A stretch of DNA of 64,000 bases from assembly GCA_030704615.1 (NCBI GenBank), contig CM060731.1, positions 18,042,001 to 18,106,000 of the forward strand, in the 5' to 3' direction. Under the pieces are notes generated by a model, which had not been told where the DNA came from, searched no databases, and saw only the letters and a list, made by a program, of their open reading frames with translations. Both the position numbers and the translations under genes were made by a program. Positions 49,341 through 61,778 of this stretch are shown piece after piece (within the stretch, counting starts at the first letter, position 1; every line of letters starts with the position of its first letter). The DNA is from Takakia lepidozioides. Taxonomy: Eukaryota > Plantae > Bryophyta.

Positions 49341-52300
49341 CAACTGGGCAAGGTTGCCCAGCCCAAGTTCCATGGAGCTTACAGGGGACCTCAGGTGCAG
49401 AGGCCCGTGGCATCTTTTGCAGGCCAACAGCAACCAGGGGTGATATGTTGGACATGTGGAGGACCCCATGTCAAGAGAGATTGCCCAAAGAGTGGCAAAA
49501 GGCCGGCACAAGCACAGCCTGCACAGTTGCAGTGTGGGCATTGTGGCAAGTATGGGCATGGAGATGCCCAGTATTATGACTTGCATCCTGAGTTTTTGCG
49601 CTGCTTGCAGCTTCATCAAGCTGTATCTCCAGCATACATCTTGGAGAATGTACCATTGATGGGTGATTCTCGGGCCAGGGTGATGGCCAATGTGCATCAA
49701 GTCCGGTCGTGGCTTGGGTCAGCAGTGTTGCTGGATGCAGCTGCAGTGGGGTCTCGGGCTCATCGTCCACGGCTTTGGTGGACTAACTTGATGCCACCCG
49801 CACTACTCAAGCGTGCATTTGATGGGGTGCAGCGGCCAGCACACCTCACCGTGGATGGCATTTTGGACACAGGGAGGCAGTCTCAACGTGTGAGACACGA
49901 TGACCGTTCGCCTTTGGCAGTGGTCAACAGGGTGGGTCAACCATGAGCAGCATTACCTACACTGCTCAGCTTCCCAGGATCCCATGCTTTTCGGGATGGT
50001 GGACCTGGCCTCCTGTGGGATGCTCAGTTGCAGCAGTTAGTGGAGCCTAATGCCGATGAGCGAGAGCGGGCTATGGGGTTTTCCACTGGGACCACGACGG
50101 TGCCTTCTCTTTCTGAGGCATCACGGCGTCAGGTGTTGGGGCAAGCAATGGATCTCAATTGCTTGACTTGGATTATCAGCTTGGCTATGGCTGAGCAACG
50201 TAGAGTGCGGAGTGCATTCCCCTTCATGGTCGCTCTACCTACCGAGACGGTACAGGCAGGGAGTGGGGGCGAGCATGTGAGGACCGCGGGGTGTAGACAT
50301 CCATGGCACACGTGGGAGGTGCTCGAGGTCCAAAGGGAGTTGGCAGCCAAGGCAGCTGTGATGGATGAGGTTGGGGATTTTTCTCGGGTTGAGGAGGTTC
50401 TCAATGATGAGATGATGGGGCAGGATGAGGCCTTGTCATTGACTGAGCAGGAAGGGGGTACTGCTCAAGAGGTTGCAGCATAGCAACCACGGGACGCGTC
50501 CTCTACCTCTAAGCCCACTGGACTTAAGGTTGCAGTTACGGAGGACAATTGGGAGCCTGACATTGGACCCATTGTCACCGGAGGAGAGAGACAACGTATA
50601 CGGCGGTTCCTGAGGGCTTACAGGAATTGCTTTGCCTTCAGTTTGAAGGACTTGGGAGCACTGAAGGGTCAAGAGATCCGTATTGAGTTGGCCACTGACA
50701 CGCCAATCTTTCGGAGACCCTATAGATACAGTGACATGGAGAGGTCTTTGATTCAGATGAGGACTCAAGATCTCTGGGAGGCAGGTTTGGTGAAGCTCTC
50801 TGGTGGAGAGTATGCTTCAGCCACAGTGATGCCAGCTAAGAAGGATGTCTATGGCAATTGGACGGAGAGACGTATGTGCGGTGATTACCGGCCTGTAAAT
50901 CGTCAGACCAAGTCCGATAGGTATGCCATGCCAACACCAGAGGAAATCTTTGATGCCATTGGGCATTCCAAGGTCTTTAGCACGTTGGATTTACGATCCG
51001 GATATCACCAGTTGCCGATCAAGGAGGCGGATAAGCAAAAGACGGCATTCTGGGGGATCAATGAGCACGGGAAGGATTGCCTATACCAGTGGCGGTTCTT
51101 ACCATTTGGGCTTAAAAATGCTCCCGCTGAGTTTCAAAGAGTCATGGACAGGATTCTAGTAGGGGTGGAGTTTGCTCGGTGCTACATAGATGACATCATC
51201 ATCTTTAGTGCTACGGTGGAGGAGCATGAGAGACACCTTCAGGGGGTATTTGAGCGCTTAAGGACGCACGGATTGAAGTTACATCCGGGAAAGTGCAAGT
51301 TTTTCCACAACCAGATTGAGTATCTGGGTCACATGATATATCCTGGAGGATTGGGGGTACAACAGACTAAGGTAGAGTCCATTGCACAGGTTCCACGCCC
51401 CACGGATGTGAGCCGAGTTCGAGCTTTCATGGGGTTAGCAAACTATTACAGACGGTTTGTTAAGGGATTCAGTGCCATTGCAAAGGCTCTAACCAAGCTG
51501 ACCAAGGTGGACCAGGAGTGGTAGTGGGAAGATGAGCAAGAACAAGCTTTTCAAGAGCTCAAGGCGAGGTTGACCTCGGCACCCATCTTGAGACGACCTA
51601 TCAGGGGGCGTCCTTTTCAGCTGCATACAGATTGGAGCATGCTGGGGCTTGGAGCGGTGCTCACACAGGTGGATGATGAGGGAAGAGAGTTCGTAGTGGC
51701 TTATGCTAGCCGCTCGAACAATGCTGCAGAGTCTAAGTATAGCTCATATGAGGGAGAATGCTTAGCTGCAGTGTGGGCCGTGGCACACTTCAGGTGCTAT
51801 CTATATGGCAATCTCTTCACCCTTGTCACGGATCACCAACCACTCAAGTGGTTGATGGAGTCAGACAAGCTTACGGGGAAGCTTGCACGGTGGGCACTCA
51901 TCCTTCAAGAGTATGACTTCCAGGTGGTGCATCGACCGGGTTTGGTCAATCGCAATGCAGATGGGTTGAGTCGCAATCCATGCACGAGCCAACAGGATGA
52001 CACTGGAGCTCGGTGGAATGGTGAGACGGACGAGGAGATGGTGCCCGGATGGCATGCATCTGCATTTCTGTGTATCTTGGCAGCGGAAGGCCAGGTTGGA
52101 CCTGCAACAAGGATGACTGTAGATCAAGTGTCTGAGGACCCTGAGGCCAGCAATGAGCAAGATGGCGCCAAAGATATACATGAGGATTCAGTTGTGTTGG
52201 ACTACCTCCGCACTGGAGACACGACAGCCACTGTGACTGCCAAGGAGAGGGATCGGATCCTACAACGAGCCAAGAGGTTCAAGTGGGAGGGGACACACCT

Positions 52301-53617
52301 GCTCCGAGTGTGGGAGGATGGTCGAGTGAGGATTGTGCCTCACCCAACACAGCGGGCACGGTTAGTGCGCCATGCCCATGAGGAGTTGGGGCATTTTGGG
52401 GTGCGACGCACTCATAGTCTACTGCAGGGGCAGTATTGGTGGCGTGGTATGCACACAGAGGTGCAACAATTTGTGGCTAGGTGCATGGTGTGTGACAGGG
52501 TGCGTGCTTCATTCAACGCCCCTACTCCACAATTGCACCCTCTTCCGATCATGGGATTGGGCTACAGGTGGAGTCTTGACTTCGCAGGGCCGTTGCCACT
52601 GACCATGTGCCACAACAAGTACGTGTTGGTGATGGTGGAGCACTTCTCCAAGTGGATTGAATTGGTTCCATTGCTTGATAAGGCTAGTGAGGGAGCTGCG
52701 TATGCATTCCTGGATTGTGTGCTTAGCCGATTCGGTGCTCCAGCTGAGGTACTCACGGACCAAGGGAGAGAGTTCTTGGGGGAGTTTCAGGCTTTGTGTG
52801 ACAAGGCCTTGATAGACCACCGCACCACTTCTCGGGATCATCCTGAGGCCGATGGCTTGGCAGAGAGAGTTGTTCAGACAGTAAAGAGGGGTTTGCGCAA
52901 GTATGGCTTGCAGAAGGGACACCTAGGAGATTGGGACCTTCAGTTACCCTGGTTAGCCATGGGCTACAGGTTCAGCAAGCAAGCATCACTTGCCTCATTC
53001 TCACCATACTTTCTTCTCTTTGGCCGAGAGCCGGATTTGCCTACATCCATTCGCAGAGAAGCTGCTACAGTTCTTAACCTTGACAATCCGGACGTGTGGG
53101 CACGTGCATGTGAACAGCGTGCAGAGTTGTTCAAGAGAGTCATGCCCATGGCTTTCGAGAACCTTGCCATTGCACAACACCGTGATACGTTGAGGTATGC
53201 TACCATACGTGGTGGGGGCTATCGTCCTGGGGTTCGGAGATTCAACCCTGGTGACTATGTCTATCTGCAGCAGACTGCTCCTACGACCCTGGATGTGACT
53301 GCAGGACGTGTTATTTTGAGGTTCGAGAGGTCTTGCCCTCAGGCGTCTTGGTCTTGGAGGGTCGGGATGGCATAACTTGGAAGGACCATGTGCGTAATTG
53401 TGCGCCATGTCACCTTCCGAATGTCGATGGCAGGATTGACCCAAACCTGGCAGTGGTATCTGCAGGTTGAGGTGCATGTTGTGTGGGTCTGCTAAAGGGG
53501 CAGCCACCATGCTGGTGTGCGATCGATGCTCTAGAGGTTGGCATATGGGATGCTTGACTCCACCTCTTGAGATGGTTCCGGATGGGGATTGGTTATGTCC
53601 ACATTGCATTGGATAGT
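49341..53617 (+). pseudogene. Element 2 polyprotein: zinc knuckles - DNMT3-like MTase - RT - RNase H - integrase - PHD (single frame, few stops, two late frameshifts)
   Basis: ORFs at 49395, 50028, 50643 and 51570 share one frame. CWTCGGPHVKRDC; LENV; YIDD; LHTDWS/EGECLA; HHCC and DDE; PHD at ~53473-53608. Confidence 0.92.
49590..50190 (+). other. C-terminal part of a DNMT3-like C5 cytosine methyltransferase domain within the polyprotein
   Basis: EFLRCL...AYILENV (motif VI), LLDAAAVGSRAHRPRLWWTNL (motif VIII), ERERAMGF (IX), SRRQVLGQAMD (X); motifs I-IV removed by a deletion. Confidence 0.85.
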
Positions 53618-53878
53618 GGGAGTGGATACAACCATGGAAGGCTAACAAGAAACGCAAGGCCCAGCCAGCTACTAGGAGACCTTGAACACACGAGGTCCTG
53701 GCTCAAGTTCACAGATTGCAAGACGGCGACTAACGATGGGGCTACTCTTGTACCCGGCCTCTTGGTCTATAGAGTTTGAGTACAATAGGAACAGTGATAG
53801 AGGACTTAGTACGGCTGTGGCTATTACATCTTGTAGCTATCTGGAGGTAGAGGGACCTATCCACCAGCTAGGGGGGCG

Positions 53879-54403
53879 ATTGTGGCAGACTACTTTATTG
53901 TGCATATATGTGTGGTGTGGTTTGGACAGCGATGTAGTTGTGTAGCGATATGTATGCGCACGACAGCTGTCAAGTTAAATAAGCACAGTGTGAAAACAGC
54001 TAGAATAAAACTAGTTATTTGTATTTAACACTTGGATTTAGGTCAAGTGTTAACTCAGGTGTCAAGTTTAGTTTGACACCTGGTCCGTCTTATCTTCACA
54101 AGAGCGGCAGTCGCGCAGCTCATCTCTCTCGAGTTGAGCCTGCGCGACCGAGCTCCTGCATGCGTTTAGATCTGAGTGTACTCATGATGGGAGTGTAGGT
54201 TGTTGTGGGGTGGAGTCCCCATAGCTTGGGGTGCCCCTGGCTCGACTACTATTTCTAAGAGTGATGGTTTGGTTTTCATGTTTTGTGTCAACAGTGTGTT
54301 CGTGGGTTGTTTATCCATTGTGGCAGACTACTTTATTGTGCATATATGTGTGGTGTGGTTTGGACAGCGATATAGTTGTGTAGCGATATGTATGCGCACG
54401 ACA
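53879..54403 (+). repeat. B1-GC-A2-B2 terminal block of element 2
   Basis: B1 53879-53965 and B2 54317-54403 are 87-bp direct repeats ending GCGCACGACA; A2 is 53968-54315; G-rich tract AGGGGGG just before B1. Confidence 0.95.
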
Positions 54404-54925
54404 AATGGACTTGTTTCCGCAGTGAATGGAATTACAATGGACTCAAGAAGTCTTATTGCCATTGGTCAATTCCATTGAAATTTGGACATAAGGTGGCCAT
54501 TTTGGTCCACATCATAGGTATGGATTTGAAGTGGCAAAATCATTTGTCATTTGACTCATATGGACTAATATATGTAAAACAATAGGCATTTTTTGAAAAG
54601 TCCATAGCTCATCTTGTTTTTCGGATTTTGGGTGTCATTTTTTTTTTCTAAAGTATAAAAACCTATAATCTTCAATGGCTAGGTGGCATATTGCCAAATT
54701 TTTGTAAACTCCTAAATTTTAGTTTTTCATAATTTATCTAAATAACAGACTAAAATATTTAATAAATTATGTATTTAATATTTGGGGTAGGACTCTTTAC
54801 TAAATATGTTCAGTATACCATTATCTATCACTAAAAAACTATTTTGGATTTTATCCACAACTTGTTTTGTTTTGGTCATGGACTTTCATGGACTTGGATC
54901 TGCCGTTTTTGGTCCACTCAACCCT

Positions 54926-56215
54926 GCAACTGCCCTTCTAGCTACTCTGCCAAAGCGGCCTACCAAACCCTGATCAAGCCACAACACAGAAACATCTGGG
55001 TGACACTCTATCCAACTGAGCTACTGACTGTTGGTTTTTTAAAGGAAGGGTAGCGGTATCCCAGATTGCATTGCAGGAGGTGGAAAAATTAACCACCATG
55101 AAGGCCGTGAAGGCTGACAAGGTAAAGCTAAAACCCCGTAATCAACATGCAAAGCAAGGGAAAAGTGACCGTCGCCCATATCCATGTGCAATAAAAAAAA
55201 TGAATATAGAGTCAAGAATGGGCGGGTGTAGAATAATTGGGCGTGAGGCAGGTGCTTCCTAATGTTCAGCATAACCAAGAGCAGTCCAAGGGAAAAATCT
55301 AGAGAAGAGGCACGCAGAACATTGGGATTCCACAATGAGGTAGATCCAAGGATTAGAACTTCAGCTGAGCTTTGAAGTTGGGGTCTCGTGCGCGCCTATG
55401 ACGCCAGTTGCAGTCCCCTCTTCACCTTCTTCATAGGTCTTGCCAGGGGACGGAGTCTTTCCATTGAACACTTGAGTGGGAAACACGGGACCTGAGCAGA
55501 CTGCCCTTGCTCTAGGTGATATCAAAATCTTGGAGAAGCCATGGAAAAGTGGAATTCAAAATGGGCTGGCCACAATCTCCATCAAGCCAAGTGGGATCTC
55601 ATATGGGCAAACATTTGGAACATGCTCAGGCCATCCAAGATTGCTGCCTTCCTCTGGCAGATTGCCAACAAGGTATTCAAAGTGGGGGCTTGGCTGAATT
55701 TCACGGATGCAATAGTCTGTAAATGCTGCCACCTGGGAGTATCCGAATCGTTGGAGCATTGTCTAATCTATTGCACTATTCCCATGAAAACTTGGCCTAT
55801 TGTTCAACCATTGATGAGGGTCTGGAAACTAGGGCAGCCATCAACGATTAACTCTCTCCTCAATTATGACATAGTGCTCCGCCGGATTCACTGCCATTGC
55901 CCAGTGTTTGAAGCTTTCAGGTCAATCACACTTTGGAACATATGGAAAATTAGATGTCAATAGACCCTAGCTAAAGAGAAAACCAGCCTCTCTTGTCTGT
56001 TGGTCACTATCTTTCGTGAAGTTCAGATTGAAGCAAGAAGGGCATGGCATGCAAACATCTGTAGGGATCCAAAAGCTGAACCTGGGCTCCTCCGCAAATT
56101 CCAAGGCACCTGGGGGAAAGACAACATCCTATGCAGCTACGCTTCGTCATCAAGCTGTCATTGGGCGGGGCATCCCCCTCTCAGCTGGCAGGGGTCCTCA
56201 ACCACACTTCCATGA
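54926..56215 (+). mobile_element. LINE ORF2 C-terminal region (zf-RVT), interrupted
   Basis: SYSAKAAYQTL (~54940-54975); IWNMLRPSKIAAFLW...CKCC...ESLEHCLIYC...LWNIWKIRC. Confidence 0.75.
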
Positions 56216-58000
56216 CTCACCTGAGTTCGCCTTCGGATCAAGTGACACCATAATCTACACTTGCATCAGCAATGCGTCCACATTTTTTTTTTAACATATA
56301 GCATTTTTTAACAATTATTTATGATTAATAATCGGGTTGAGAATTGGAGCCTCACAAATGTCCCTCATTCCGGCTATCAATGATACTATAAAAAACTATC
56401 ATCCCAGGGTTTCAATACTTGACCGTTCTCTATTTTTCAAGTTACTTATAAAAAGACAAGATTTCAGGCTACATAACCGTCGGATATCTCGCCGGACATA
56501 CCCCAGAAACCAGCTGTTAGTAAACAATCAAATAACCTCAAATCCGCCCAACACTAGTCTTGACCTTCTTTTCTTTGGATTATTAGGTTGTCGTTATTCT
56601 AAAGAAAAGATCACACATAGTGTCAAAAATTGCTAAGTACCTTTTGTCACCTCCTCTCCTATGCTGAAAACTACTTCCATGATGTGCCTTCTCCACATAA
56701 CACCTCCCTTAGGTAACATTTTTATTATTGAACAATTTATGAAAAATAAATGGATGAATTTTCAAGTTTAGTATGATTCCACTATTTACAAAGAGGAGCC
56801 CCATACACGACTAGCAGCAGAACACAGCGTTCGTTCCGGACTCTTTTTTCTCTACAGCCCCAGGATAATTTCTGCCTAATGCAAGACACTGTATGGGTCG
56901 TTCCCGAGCGGTGTTTTTAAATCTGGCGAGACAAATCGTCAGATTTCGACCAGAAATGGGTCGGCTACTTTTATAAAGGAATTATCGGACTAAAAATAAA
57001 AAATTCGCCAGAAAGCCCCAATGGTTAGATATCAGGAGCCAGATTTTTCCTACGTGGACCTGTTAAAATGTGACACCTGTTATATAGCCACTTTTCTAAC
57101 CCTACCACCTCGTTATTCTCGCCACATAGGCACTGGGTAGAATTTACATGTAGCCTTTGTGGCGATTTTGGAAAAGTGAAGAAAAACAACTCTGTTCAGG
57201 AGTCTTTTTTCTTTACAGCTCCCTGAGGATAATTTCTGCCTAACGCAAGACACTGTATGGTGGTGAGGGGAACGCACAATTGCTGCATGGCTAAGGTTGA
57301 TTTTTCCTTTGTAAGTCATTTCGTTGAATAGCAAGCCATAAAGGGGTGGCTGGGTCAACCAGTTACGTTCCAGATAGTGTAGTTTTGGTGGGCTTTCAAT
57401 AGCATAATTTCCCAGCTACTCCTGTTATGCTGTGGAGCCCATGGGCTTGGGCGTAATCTGGCACGTTTTCCACACAATCTTAAATGCAGTTGCTCAAGAT
57501 TCCCACGCCCTCCGGGCTATGGAATCTTGATTAGCGTAAAGCCCTCCTTGCAGGACCTCACCTAATAGTTGTGGGGACTTTCAAATCCCCTTATGAAATA
57601 TGATCAGGAACTCCGCATGGAAGGCCCTCTTATGGAACGCCCTAGTGGGATGTCGAACCCACATGTACAATTTGATTGGCCGGCCCAGGCCCCACATTCC
57701 CTCGTTCCAGGGCTCTCGTATCATGGGGAAATGCCATGATTAGCGCCAATTGAGTCCTCATTCATTGAGACGGCCAAAACCAATTTAAGAAAAACAAATC
57801 CACAACGGCCTAACATTGGCACACGTTTCTTTCCCAATTTCCATTTCAACGTGCTGTAAAATCATATCTATCCCTACTAATAATTATAGGACGAAGTGTA
57901 GATATCCAGTTATATACCTGCACTACCTCAACTGTATCACTACACCCGCTCAAATGAGGCATCCACCGTCTAGTAACAATCTTACAATCTAACCATATTT

Positions 58001-60263
58001 TCACAAACTACTACCGTCAGAGCCCTTCAAATAAGAAGCCTCAGGTTCATCCCCACCCTGCCCAGATCCTCCATCTCTACCTGGGTGTCCAAGGGGAGAA
58101 GAAACCCCCATATCTGATCCACCTCCCGCTCCGCGCATGTCACCTCGCAAGCCCATGCTCGTCTGGATTCCATCTCTAGAGCCTCCAGGTCTGCCATGAT
58201 CTGACAACCCCCCGGACATCGGAGAGCCATTACCACCCATACCTGTATCGTTGGACAACATGTGCATTCCGCTACTTCCACCCGACACCATACCAGCTTG
58301 TTGGCTGTAGAACGATTGGTGTGACATGTGAGGCGAACCCTGCTGAGTTTGTTGCAGGTATTGAGGGATTGAAGTTCGTTGGCTCATCATGAGTTGTTGT
58401 TGTTGCTGCTGCAGGTACTGTTGTGCTGGTTGCATTGACTGCATTTGGGAAGCCTGCATCATCCCCTTCAAATTGTAGTTAGACATATAAAATCCGATCT
58501 CCAACAGATGGTTCAGTGCCCAGTGTGTGTTGTCAATCTTCAACAGATAAGACCTCCACATATATACAACCTCACCAACCCCTCGAATAAGGATCATTGT
58601 ACATCTATTTCTATCAGATGATCCCCCATCTGCACCGATACTTCCAAGTTACTTGCAGTCCCCACACTAAAGCCTTATGACTAGATCTATATGTTCATTT
58701 CTCTGTGCAGGTTTCAGGGAAGCACCTGAGGTGAAGTGTGACCTCCTTGTGGCTGTGCATCAGCTATGGCCGCCAGATACATAAGATTTTGCTGCAGCTT
58801 CGCTTGATACCTGTAAAACCTCCCTCACCATCATTCTGGATTCCATGACATCTAGGTAGTACATATAACATATTGGAAACTTAGCAGTCCAGGACATGCT
58901 AAGATTCGTTATGAATATCATGATCTATCGGGCGTTAACGATGCTCGCAGGAGAGAAATAATGCAACACAATCTCAAGCTTTCAGACTCTTAAACTGACA
59001 GTGTACATTGCAATGAGATGCGTAGCCATGTGCACCATCATCTCAGTGACTGTGCAGCAAAATCTCTTCCAAGCTACACAAGTTAGACTGCTTATAGGGA
59101 GCAAGGAAATTTTTAAAGTTGTGCCTATCTAAACCACGGACCCCTCCATCGTCATTGGAAGCCCAAACAAGCAGTCCAGCGGATGAAGCACTGTAACAAC
59201 ACGTGGTAAATCACTCAAACGATGTGGAATGGTGGCTGCGACCGGGGAACCTACGTCGCGCACTCATTGAGCTTGCCGAGGTTTTGGTTGTCAAGAATGG
59301 CAAGAATGAGCTGCTTGTTTTCGTCCAGATACTGCACCCGATCCCACATCATCCGCGCACATGATTAGACAGAAAGGACAATTTTCAACCAGGAGTGCAG
59401 TCATAGAAAACGGAGGGGGTACAAGATCAGATCTCGAGTAAGTCCTGATCATTGATTTACATTATTTTCCGGCGACTGTCATATTTCTACACGCTGAGGT
59501 ACAGTCTTACCACTCTCTCCTAACTGAATTCAGGGTTTAGGGCTTTGTTTGGAGTCCCTGAAAGGAAAGGATCTCTCTCTCTCCTCTCTTGTCACAGTTA
59601 GGAAGCGGAAACTCAGGCCCCAGCCAGTCCATGCAAGCCTGGCAGCATCAGGTTTCAACAGAGAGTTCTCGAGCTGCAACTCATTCCAGCTCACTGCCAA
59701 CTTTCACAAATCGTTTCCAGCGCCCTACAGGTACAACTATACATATCCCTCGGCCACCCGAGTTGCAGAGGCAAGCCTGGAAGTCTCTCAGGGATGAGTT
59801 CCAGTCTGACTTGAGACTGAAAATCAGAGTGTTGAGTACAACTAGATCTATAGGCCAAATGGACTAGTGTCTGGTATGGATCTCTGGTTTGAAAGAAGTG
59901 GCGCTCTTTGAGGGGAGTGCATTGGCCATTAGCTGCTGCTTCGCGAAGAATGCAGGAAAGCCAGAGACACGATTGGCCCGACATGTTAAACTTCAACTGG
60001 TTCGAAGTATCTGGATGATGCGAAGAAGAAAATATGAAGGGAGAGGATGATATACAGAGAGTTCCTAACAGTCGCAAGCATACCTGTAACTGACATATGA
60101 ATTGAACGAACTTACTCTGAGATTCCAAATGAATAAAGAAGCCGACAAGAAAGAAGATGACTATTCACCAGATGGCTTGGACAGCACTCCGGTGTCGGCT
60201 TTGAACGAAGGCTGCACCTTACTATCGCGTCAGTGCACGAAGTATGTGCTACATATCGACTCA

Positions 60264-60294
<31 letters not shown>

Positions 60295-60383
60295 CCTGGT
60301 CGTATCCACGGTAAAACAAGTACCTTCTGAATGAGTTCAGTGGTGATATTGTTGCTGGCGTACGCGGCCATTTGCTGCTGCAT
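58001..60383 (-). CDS. GIF: GRF-interacting factor (SSXT/SNH-domain transcriptional co-activator), 4 exons
   Basis: Exons 60324-60383, 59255-59331, 58726-58810, 58001-58453 with GT-AG borders and preserved frame: ITTELIQKYLDENKQLILAILDNQNLGKLNECATYQAKLQQNLMYLAAIAD plus a Q/G-rich tail. The exon 3/4 borders are best guesses. Confidence 0.92.
60268..60294. repeat. (CT)n microsatellite in GIF intron 1
   Basis: Directly visible. Confidence 0.9.
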
Positions 60384-61778
60384 GATAAACGCTCTCTCTA
60401 CATCCACACACGCTTACTAGGCTGACTCGCACAAGTATTTTGTCAAGGCAGAGTCACAGACAGACGCAGGCAAATCTCTGCGGTGGAAGAACTAAAAAGC
60501 ATGGACCGGGAGCCTGCAATGTTCTCCAAAAGCTACCGCAAGTTAACAAGCTGGCCAAGAGCGGTTGAGCGAGTGATGAGCGAAAGAGAGCAATAGAGAA
60601 ATATGCCTTGAATGCAGCTCAGCCAATTTCGGCTAAGAGCACGCAGTGTGTTTACGTATATATACTGCAAGGAAACAAACACAGCACAATCCCCGGGAGC
60701 CTGACAAGCCGGGGGAGAAACTTTAACACAGCACTGCACAGACACAAGGAACAAAGGCTGGATGCTGCTGCTTTAACCCCCTTCAACACTTCGGCGTCCA
60801 GAGTTTGCGCCGCAGCACCTAAACCCGCTCAAACACAAACTCTACCTCCACAACGTGAGGCGGCTACAGGTATCGTGAAATGCAAGTCCACTGAAGGAAG
60901 GTGAGAGGGGACACACGAAGCGATCGGCGCGCGGCGCGGGGGCTCGCAATGAATGCAACAGCGCCATGGCTGCCAAAGCTGCGCAGAGCACCTGCCTTTA
61001 CTACTCATCACTCTGCCACCATCTCTCCCACGCCTACTGCCGGTCCCCCCGCCCCCCCCGCTCTCCGGTCACCCCCCTCATGCCCACCGGCTCGCCCCGT
61101 CGCCTGAGCAGCCTTTATAGCCGCTGCGCCCGCGGCAGGGGACCATTCTCTCACTAACTACCCCTGCTAGCGCCCGCTTAGCATCTGATTAGCGATGGAT
61201 TAGTGACGCTGTTAGAGCATCTCCTGTTAGAGAGCAATAAGCAGGTGGGCAAGTTGATGGAGGAAGGAGGAAGGAGGGAGGAGGAAGGAGGAGGGTCTGT
61301 GGGAGCTGACAAGAGTTAAGGCAACAGTTAAGTGAGAAATAAAGAGGCAAGGTGCTTGATTTCTCAGATCCAGACATATGCTCTGACACATTTCATGTCT
61401 GCAAAAGGACGCATGTTGAATTTAAAGCCAAGCTAAATTTTGGCACACACTCTTCGTACTTTGTGATGCACTTATACCATCACTTTGACTCCAACCACTC
61501 TAATTAGAGGCCCGGTCAAAGAAAGCTTTGAAATGCTTGGAATCCCTGGAAGATAAAAGAGGAGAATGCTTTTGTAGGTAGGGAGGAGGATGGGAGCAAT
61601 GCAGGCACTGATGACTGGCCAGTGGCAGGGGGTGTGAATGTTGGGAATCAATGGAGATACTGGGCTTCAGGGTTGTGTGTCTGAAGCAGCGGTGGAAGGT
61701 TCGTTTGGGTCCATGGAGGAACCAAAGTGAGAACCATTTGGGGATACCTACCTTTTGTGCAGTATGAGAGGACAACTA

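Noticed and set aside
45029-54315. A1/A2 as inverted terminal repeats of a DIRS1-like element or DNA transposon
   Set aside because: TSD pairing, the split gag and LINE/ORF continuity show the inverted orientation is secondary; gag lies outside the apparent inverted pair.
56820-57260. ~65-bp direct duplication (56835-56897 / 57195-57260) and similar short duplications at 39700-39860
   Set aside because: No boundaries or coding link; probably remnants of old repeats.
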